A stretch of DNA of 64,000 bases from positions 12,703 through 76,702 of the forward strand of contig CAXGSM010000003.1 of the NCBI GenBank assembly GCA_964012435.1, given 5' to 3'. This document shows positions 41,182-47,971 of this stretch, one piece after another. Positions within the stretch are counted from its first letter, which is position 1, and each line of letters begins with the position of its first letter. The position numbers were made by a program, and so were the translations under genes. The notes under the pieces were generated by a model. It was not told the DNA's origin. It made no database searches and saw only the letters and a list, made by a program, of their open reading frames with translations. The DNA is from an uncultured bacterium. Its GTDB lineage: Bacteria > UBP7 > UBA6624.

Positions 41182-42151
41182 CTGTTTGTTAAATTTAAAA
41201 AAAGAAACCTTTGTTGAAGATAGGTTGAGTGATGGAAAATACATAGAGGATCTTTCTATGATGTCTCCTAAATATCTGGATGGTATCAAAAAGATATTAA
41301 CTGTTTCTGCTGACACTGAACTGATGAGTGCTCCTGCTTATTATTTAGCAGCTAAAGATGCGCCAACTACAAATGCGTTCATTTCTGCAATGGGTATTAT
41401 CCAGGATGAATTAGGGCATGCACATATAGCTTACAGGCTTATGGAGGATCTTGGTGTTGATAAAGAAGAGTTTATTTACGATAGAGATCCAAAAAGTTTT
41501 AGATATCCATATGCTTTTGATGTTCCATTATTGACATGGACAGAATTAGCTGTAGCAAATGCATTTTATGACAGAGCAGGTTTTGTTTTATTGGATGATG
41601 TTTTTGACAATACAACTTTTGGGCCATGGAAAAGAGCTTTAGTCAAAGTCGGCAAAGAGGAAGGTTTTCATTTGAGACATGGTGAAACATGGATGAAAAA
41701 ATTATCCAAAGATGTGGATGGTAGAAAATCATTACAAAAAGCTTTAGATTGGATGTTTCCTTTAACTGTGGAGTGGTTTGGTCTTCCAGACAGTCTTAAA
41801 ACTCAAAATATTCAACTTGAATATGGTTTCAAAGGCCAAAGTAATGACCAGTTAAGGCAGACATGGATGAGCACTGCTGTTCCTCTTGCGGAAAGTCTTG
41901 GACTGAAGGTCCCAGCACATTATTGCGAAAATGAAAAGAAGTATGTCTTGGAATTTCCGTTTCCGTCTAAATTCGATGCATCTGAGAAAAAATGGCTTTT
42001 TGAAGAAGGTGAGATTCCTTGGATTGAACCAAATGCAGATGGGTATAGCGTGATGAAGAGATGGAGAAATCGAGGCGAAATGAATGATGAATTTGTTACC
42101 ATTTTGCAAAAAGGCCACAAGCAGGTTTGCCAAATGTTAGAAAGAGAATGA
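41144..42151 (+). CDS. paaA: 1,2-phenylacetyl-CoA epoxidase catalytic subunit PaaA-like (di-iron ferritin-like); TTG at 41186 is an alternative start
   Basis: IQDELGHAH and KEEGFHLRHG di-iron ligand motifs align with E. coli PaaA QDEAGHG and KEESFHQRQG. Confidence 0.8.
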   Translation: MLKREELISRGSNCLLNLKKETFVEDRLSDGKYIEDLSMMSPKYLDGIKKILTVSADTELMSAPAYYLAAKDAPTTNAFISAMGIIQDELGHAHIAYRLMEDLGVDKEEFIYDRDPKSFRYPYAFDVPLLTWTELAVANAFYDRAGFVLLDDVFDNTTFGPWKRALVKVGKEEGFHLRHGETWMKKLSKDVDGRKSLQKALDWMFPLTVEWFGLPDSLKTQNIQLEYGFKGQSNDQLRQTWMSTAVPLAESLGLKVPAHYCENEKKYVLEFPFPSKFDASEKKWLFEEGEIPWIEPNADGYSVMKRWRNRGEMNDEFVTILQKGHKQVCQMLERE

Positions 42152-42495
42152 TTCAAGATCCAAAAGAAAGAACTTTTAGGGAAGAGGAGCTTTACCAGGC
42201 TCTTCATGATGTCCAGGATGCTGAATTTGATATAGATGTTGTTGACATGGGTTTGATTTACGGTGTTCATTTTGATGAAAAAAAACAACATGTAATAGTT
42301 GATATGACTTTTACCTCAATGTCTTGTCCTGCTTTGGATTTTATGTCCGATGATGTTATTGAGAGGCTTGCAATTGAAAAGGATGTTAAAGATGTGTCAA
42401 TCAATGTTGTTTGGGATCCTCCTTGGAACCAAAACATGCTTTCCGAAGAGGGTGTAAATGTTTTGAATGACTGGGGTGTTATCAAATGGGAATAA
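42127..42495 (+). CDS. paaD: PaaD-like DUF59/MIP18-family protein
   Basis: ALHDVQDAEFDIDVVDMGLIYGV...MTFTSMSCPA matches the DUF59 pattern. Confidence 0.7.
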   Translation: MPNVRKRMIQDPKERTFREEELYQALHDVQDAEFDIDVVDMGLIYGVHFDEKKQHVIVDMTFTSMSCPALDFMSDDVIERLAIEKDVKDVSINVVWDPPWNQNMLSEEGVNVLNDWGVIKWE

Positions 42496-42725
42496 GAGAT
42501 ACCAATCTTTCAAAACGCACTGGAGACGTTTATGACGTTTATTCAAGGTCGACAAAGGATGAATTTATTAAATTGAATGGAGATGTTGTTGCTCCAAGTC
42601 CTCATTTGGCAAAAGCCTATGCTTATCAAATGTATCAAGAAAGCACCTGGGTTGAAATGATTACAGTTGCGAGAAAGAAGACTGTTCAAATAATAGACGA
42701 TGGGGTTTTGGTCAAAGATGATTAG
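42486..42725 (+). CDS. paaB: PaaB-like epoxidase subunit (possibly C-terminally frameshifted into ORF 42700-42882)
   Basis: YDVYSRS...HLAKAYAYQMYQESTWVEMITV resembles E. coli PaaB EVFVRGK...ALENARDAYTRRSEGCSIWVV. Confidence 0.5.
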   Translation: MGIRDTNLSKRTGDVYDVYSRSTKDEFIKLNGDVVAPSPHLAKAYAYQMYQESTWVEMITVARKKTVQIIDDGVLVKDD

Positions 42726-42878
42726 CTGGCATGTTTTTGGAAGAAAACAAGGGGAAGACCCTTTAGGTTTTTTAGGTTTGATCAAAGCAATTTCTCCAAA
42801 AGATGCTGTGTTAAAGGAATACGGCGATGAATGGCTGGAGTTGGTTGCAATTCCTGAAGATGCCATAATTAAAGTTAT

Positions 42879-43511
42879 ATGAGTAAATTAAAAGAAGATT
42901 CAATTGTGCAAATTTTGGTGCGTTTGGCTGATGCAAAATATTGCCTTGGCAGGCGTTATGGGCATTGGTGCTGTAGTGGACCAACACTTGAAGCTTCTGT
43001 AGCAGCAGCTTCTATGGCAGGTGATGAAGTTGGTCATGCAAGGGTTCTGTATCCTTTGTTTAGAAAGTTAGAAAATGCTCCAAAAGAAATGACTGTAGTT
43101 TCTGATAGAACTGATTTTAAGGTTCCAGAATTCTTAAAAGAAGATTGGGATAGTTGGACTGATTTTATTGCTATTTCTTGTGTTTTTGATACTGCTATGA
43201 CTGTTGTTCTAGAATCTTTGAAAGAAAGCAGTTTTGAATTTTTTTCCTCTAGGGTTTCTAAAATGTTACAAGAGGAAAACTACCATGAAATTTTTTCATT
43301 TGGATGGTTTGGTTTATTGTCAGAAGAAGTTAAGGATGACTTAAAGAAATCGGTAGAAAAGATATACCCCGAAACAATTAAATGGCTTTCTTTTGAAGAT
43401 AAAAATTTGATGAAAATTGCTAAACAGGAGCAAGTTATCAATAAAGATTCAGATGAATTAGTTGAAGCATTTGAATCAAAAATTCAGTCATTAATGGAAA
43501 GTTTAAATTGA
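42879..43511 (+). CDS. paaC: PaaC-like epoxidase structural subunit
   Basis: ILVRLADAKYCLGRRYGHWCCSGPTLEASVAAASMAGDEVGHARVLY aligns with PaaC [43 protein letters not shown]. Confidence 0.7.
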   Translation: MSKLKEDSIVQILVRLADAKYCLGRRYGHWCCSGPTLEASVAAASMAGDEVGHARVLYPLFRKLENAPKEMTVVSDRTDFKVPEFLKEDWDSWTDFIAISCVFDTAMTVVLESLKESSFEFFSSRVSKMLQEENYHEIFSFGWFGLLSEEVKDDLKKSVEKIYPETIKWLSFEDKNLMKIAKQEQVINKDSDELVEAFESKIQSLMESLN

Positions 43512-43696
43512 ATATATTTGAAAAAAGAAAAAAACAAGTAAACATAAGAAAAAATCAACAACGTTGTCCTCATTGTGGGTCTACAAATATAGAAAAAACA
43601 GGCATCTTTGGGCCTTTTCATATGTCAGCGCAGTACCATTGCGTTGAATGTAGTTCCCCATTTTCAATAATTAAATGGAAAGATGATCAAAAATGA
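43508..43696 (+). CDS. Small Cys4 zinc-ribbon / rubredoxin-like protein
   Basis: CPHCGS...CVECSS, two CxxC pairs 22 aa apart; 62 aa. Confidence 0.4.
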   Translation: MNIFEKRKKQVNIRKNQQRCPHCGSTNIEKTGIFGPFHMSAQYHCVECSSPFSIIKWKDDQK

Positions 43697-44475
43697 ATTG
43701 GAACTCAGTTAAGTATGAATTGCTAGAAAGCGGTATCGCTTTAATCACCTTGAATAGACCTGATTTTTTAAATGCTCTTGATGATGGAATGAGAGAAGAT
43801 TTTAAAAATTTAACACCAATACTGGCAAAGGAAAATGTTAAAGCTATTGTTTTCACAGGGGAAGGGAAAGCTTTTTGTGCTGGAGGTGATATTAGTCATT
43901 TTGAAAAAAAATGGAATGCTGATAACTTCACCAAACAAAGTCGAGTTGTAAGTGATTTTTATGATTTTTTAGAGGATTTACCAAAACCTGTGTTTGCTGC
44001 CATGAATGGTGTTGCAACTGGAGCAGGTTTACAGCTTGCAATGGCATGTGATGTTAGAGTTGTAGCCACTGAAGCAAAAGCTGGCTTCAGGGAGCATCAG
44101 CTAAATTTAATTCCTTCACATGGAGGTACATACAGGCTTGTAAAGTTGTTAGGTCTTTCTAAAGCTAAACATTTTTATCTTTCTCAAAGATTGGCAAGCT
44201 CAAATGAGTTATTAAGAATGGGTTTTGTTTCCCATGTTGTCGAAAGCAAGGGTCTTCTTGAGTTTGTTCTCAATTGGGCAAAAGCGCTTGTTGCAAGAGC
44301 TCCAATGGCAACTGGAGAAGCTATAAAATTACTAAATAGCATGACAGATACAGACAGAGATTCTGCTCTTGAGAGGGAATATAAATCTCAAACAAAAATG
44401 CTTTTATCAAAAGATCATAAAGAGGGAGTTAGGGCTTTCAGAGAAAAGAGAAAACCCTTTTTTAAAGGAGAGTAA
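43693..44475 (+). CDS. Enoyl-CoA hydratase/isomerase (crotonase family)
   Basis: FCAGGDI and NGVATGAGLQLAMACDVR motifs. Confidence 0.88.
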   Translation: MNWNSVKYELLESGIALITLNRPDFLNALDDGMREDFKNLTPILAKENVKAIVFTGEGKAFCAGGDISHFEKKWNADNFTKQSRVVSDFYDFLEDLPKPVFAAMNGVATGAGLQLAMACDVRVVATEAKAGFREHQLNLIPSHGGTYRLVKLLGLSKAKHFYLSQRLASSNELLRMGFVSHVVESKGLLEFVLNWAKALVARAPMATGEAIKLLNSMTDTDRDSALEREYKSQTKMLLSKDHKEGVRAFREKRKPFFKGE

Positions 44476-44477
44476 TA

Positions 44478-45005
44478 ATGCCAACCATATTGACAGTAAA
44501 CGGAAAAACCCCTGTTATACATCCATCAGCATTTATTGCCAGTAATGCAACTATTGCTGGTCAAGTTTATATTGGTGAAAGGGCAAATGTTTGGTATGGA
44601 GCTGTTTTGAGAGCTGATCAAGGTTTTGATATAAGAATTGGAAGGAATTCAAGCATTCAGGATAATAGCGTGATTCATACAAGTCATATAAATCCAACAA
44701 TAGTTAAGAATAGTGTTACCGTTGGGCATGGAGCCGTTCTTGAAGGCTGTGTGATTGAAGACGGAGCTTTGATTGGAATGAATGCATGTGTTTTGGATGG
44801 ATCAAGTGTTGGCGCTGGATCACTTATAGCTGCTGGAAGCGTTGTTAGAGAGGGTGATGATATACCAGCAAAAATGCTTGCTGCTGGTGTTCCTGCCAAG
44901 GTTAAAAAAGAATTGAACGGTTCTGCTTTAGAGCATGTTTCGACTGCTGCAGATGTTTTTTATCAAAAATTAATGGATTTACATAAGGATGTGGAAAATG
45001 ATTGA
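44478..45005 (+). CDS. Gamma-carbonic-anhydrase-like hexapeptide-repeat protein (PaaY-like)
   Basis: Left-handed beta-helix hexapeptide repeats; HPSAFIASNATIAGQV. Confidence 0.8.
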   Translation: MPTILTVNGKTPVIHPSAFIASNATIAGQVYIGERANVWYGAVLRADQGFDIRIGRNSSIQDNSVIHTSHINPTIVKNSVTVGHGAVLEGCVIEDGALIGMNACVLDGSSVGAGSLIAAGSVVREGDDIPAKMLAAGVPAKVKKELNGSALEHVSTAADVFYQKLMDLHKDVEND

Positions 45006-46440
45006 CATGGGATTTTTTATAAATGGAAAAGAATTAATGGGAGAGAATTCATCAAAAGTTTTTAATCCTGCTGATGGCTCTGTTGTTGGGACAGTCGCCT
45101 TAGGTGATGAAAGAATTGTTGACGAAGCTGTTAGTGCAGCAAAAAATGCCTTTGAGTGTTGGTGGTCTTTTTCAGCAGCGAAAAGAGGTGATATTCTTTA
45201 TTCTTGTGCTGATGCTGTGAAGTCAAGTGCGGATGAATTAGCTCAATTGTTAACCTCAGAGCAGGGAAAACCAATAAAGGAAGCAAAAATGGAGGTTTTC
45301 AGATTCGCACATACTTTAGAGCATTATGCTGGAATGGCGAAATCTTTAAGGGGTGGTTCTGTCCCAAATTTAGACCATAATCCTGCAAGGATGGGGCTTA
45401 TATTAAAAAGACCACTGGGTGTTTGCGGAGCAATCACACCTTGGAATTTCCCACTATCTTTGGCTGGAAACAAATTAGGCCCTGGCTTGATTGCTGGAAA
45501 TACTTTTGTCTTAAAACCCGCAAGCACAACACCTCTAACTGTTTTGAGAGTAGCTTCAATTATGTTTGAAGCTGGATTGCCAGCAGGCGTATTGAATATT
45601 GTTTGTGGTCCAGGAGGAACTGTAGGAGATCGTTTGGCTACTCATCCAGATATAGCAAAAATAGGTTTTACAGGTTCAACACCAGTTGGCAAAGGTGTCA
45701 TGAGCAAAGCAGCATCAACGGTTAAAAGGGTTACTTTGGAGTTAGGTGGTAGCGATCCTTTTATTGTTATGTCCGATGCAGATATCGACAAAGCTGTTTC
45801 TGCTTGTTCAGTTGGAAGGTTTTTTAATTGTGGACAAGCTTGCCTTGCTGTTAAAAGAGTTTTTGTAGATGAGCCAGTTTACGAAGAGTTTAAAGAGAAG
45901 ATTGTTGAGAAGGTGAGAAAGATTACAGTGGGTTCAGGTTTTGACACATCAAATAGGATGGGGCCATTACATACAGAGGGACAAAGAGCAGAGGTTGAAG
46001 ATCAGTTTAACGATGCTGTTAACAAAGGGGCAAAAATTCTTATAGGCGGTAAAAGGCCATCAGGTGATGCATATGACAAGGGCAATTACTTGATGCCAAC
46101 AGTTTTGGAAGATTGTTCTTTTGACAGCAAGATGAATACCGAAGAGGTTTTTGGTCCAGCTTTACCTTTATGGAAGGTTTCTGGGATGGATGAAGCAATT
46201 TCAAAAGCAAATGATAGTCCTTTTGGTTTGGGGTCTTCCGTTTGGACCAAAGATGTTAATTCTGCAATGAAGGCTGCTGAAAAAATTGAATCTGGCTACA
46301 CTTGGGTCAACAGCATTTCAAAGATTTATGATGAGCTTCCTTTTGGAGGAATGAAAGAAAGCGGTCTTGGTGCAGAGCATGGCTATGAGGCCTTAGAGCA
46401 TTACATGGCAACTAAGTCTGTTGTTATGGGTGTTGAGTGA
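44989..46440 (+). CDS. NAD(P)-dependent aldehyde dehydrogenase (paralog of 36694-38232)
   Basis: ELGGSDP and FFNCGQACLA motifs; alignable over most of its length with the other ALDH. Confidence 0.9.
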   Translation: MWKMIDMGFFINGKELMGENSSKVFNPADGSVVGTVALGDERIVDEAVSAAKNAFECWWSFSAAKRGDILYSCADAVKSSADELAQLLTSEQGKPIKEAKMEVFRFAHTLEHYAGMAKSLRGGSVPNLDHNPARMGLILKRPLGVCGAITPWNFPLSLAGNKLGPGLIAGNTFVLKPASTTPLTVLRVASIMFEAGLPAGVLNIVCGPGGTVGDRLATHPDIAKIGFTGSTPVGKGVMSKAASTVKRVTLELGGSDPFIVMSDADIDKAVSACSVGRFFNCGQACLAVKRVFVDEPVYEEFKEKIVEKVRKITVGSGFDTSNRMGPLHTEGQRAEVEDQFNDAVNKGAKILIGGKRPSGDAYDKGNYLMPTVLEDCSFDSKMNTEEVFGPALPLWKVSGMDEAISKANDSPFGLGSSVWTKDVNSAMKAAEKIESGYTWVNSISKIYDELPFGGMKESGLGAEHGYEALEHYMATKSVVMGVE

Positions 46441-46483
46441 AACCAATAGAGCTTGTTGAAAGTTTTGGTGGTTGTGAAATAGC

Positions 46484-46867
46484 ATGAAGCTTGATGGAAT
46501 AAATCATGTAGCTTTAACAGTTACAAATCCAGAAAAATCAGCTGAATGGTACAGAGATGTTTTGGGGTTTGAAATTGTAGGTGTAAACAAGCCTGGAAAT
46601 CCACTAAAGATAACTCTAGGAGATCAATGGTTGGCAATTTTTGCTGCAGGTGAAAATCCAGGGAGTCATCCAAAAAGAAATGATTTGGCATTCCAGCATT
46701 TAGCTTTTGGTTCAGATTTTAGGAATTGGGAAAAAAGCTGTGAAGAATTAAAACAGAAAAACATTGAATACAAGTTTGTTGATCATGGAAATTGCTATTC
46801 GATTTATTTTGATGATCCTGATGGCCATAGGTTGGAAATAGTAACCTACGATGTAGAAAAAAAATGA
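46484..46867 (+). CDS. Glyoxalase/bleomycin-resistance/VOC-family protein
   Basis: GINHVALTVTNPEKSAEWYRDVLGFE N-terminal VOC motif. Confidence 0.75.
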   Translation: MKLDGINHVALTVTNPEKSAEWYRDVLGFEIVGVNKPGNPLKITLGDQWLAIFAAGENPGSHPKRNDLAFQHLAFGSDFRNWEKSCEELKQKNIEYKFVDHGNCYSIYFDDPDGHRLEIVTYDVEKK

Positions 46868-47970
46868 TTTTTTTTCATTTGTTTTTGCTTTTTTCAAATG
46901 ACATCCAAAAACCTCAAGTTCCTCTTCATACAGAAAATCGTTGGATTATGGATGCAGAAAACAAACGATTCAAGCTGGCTGGCGTTAATTGGTATGGCTT
47001 TGAAGAGCTTGATTATGTTCCTGCTGGTTTAGAGATAGCACATGTGGATAAAATTTCAGAAAAAGTGTCTTTTTTTGGATTCAACTCTGTTCGACTTCCT
47101 TTTTCGATAGAAATGATACTTGAGGAAAATACTGTTTCAGATAATGTTGTTGCTGCAAATCCTGAAATGAAAGGATTGACGCCAATTGAGGTTATGGATA
47201 TTGTTATCGATTCTCTTTGGAAACAGGGTTTGGTTGTTATTCTTGATAATCATTCAAGTGAAGCCGTTTGGTACAGTTTGGAGAATGGATTTTGGTATAC
47301 GGATGAATACCCTGAAGAAGTATGGATAGAAACATGGGAAAGGATAGCTACAAGATATAAGGATCATCCTGCTGTTGTTGGTTTTGATTTGAGGAATGAA
47401 TTGAGAAATGGAGCAACATGGGGAGGACCTAAGGAGACTGACTGGAGGGGAGCAGCGATACGTGCAGGAGAGGCTTTATTAAAAATAGATCCGAGTAAAT
47501 TAATCATTGTTGAAGGTATAAATTATGCTTCAGATCTTAGAGGTGTATTTGAACAGCCTATTGTTTATTCCGTTCCAAACAGAATTGTTTATTCAATTCA
47601 TGATTACAGTTGGTTTCATCCTGATTTTCAGAGCTATCAAGAAATGAAAGAGGGTTTTGATTATCTCTGGGGTTTTGTTTTGGATGAAGATAAACCATGG
47701 ACCGCTCCCATTTGGATTGGTGAATTTGGAACATGCAGCAATGATCCGAATTGTGTAAAAGATTCTTCAGTAAGTGGTTCTTGGTTTTTGAATTTCACTA
47801 GGTATCTATATGAAAAAGATATTGATTGGGCTTATTGGCCATTGAATGGCACAATGGCAAATGGTGAAACAAGAACTTATGGTGCTCTTGATTGGTATGG
47901 AATATTAGACCAGGGTTGGGATAAACCATCACTTCCTGCGTTATTGGAAAAGTTACAAGAGCTTCAATAG
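46864..47970 (+). CDS. Glycoside hydrolase family 5 (cellulase-like)
   Basis: DLRNELRNG (acid/base NE) and WIGEFGT (nucleophile) GH5 motifs. Confidence 0.8.
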   Translation: MIFFHLFLLFSNDIQKPQVPLHTENRWIMDAENKRFKLAGVNWYGFEELDYVPAGLEIAHVDKISEKVSFFGFNSVRLPFSIEMILEENTVSDNVVAANPEMKGLTPIEVMDIVIDSLWKQGLVVILDNHSSEAVWYSLENGFWYTDEYPEEVWIETWERIATRYKDHPAVVGFDLRNELRNGATWGGPKETDWRGAAIRAGEALLKIDPSKLIIVEGINYASDLRGVFEQPIVYSVPNRIVYSIHDYSWFHPDFQSYQEMKEGFDYLWGFVLDEDKPWTAPIWIGEFGTCSNDPNCVKDSSVSGSWFLNFTRYLYEKDIDWAYWPLNGTMANGETRTYGALDWYGILDQGWDKPSLPALLEKLQELQ

Positions 47971-47971
47971 C

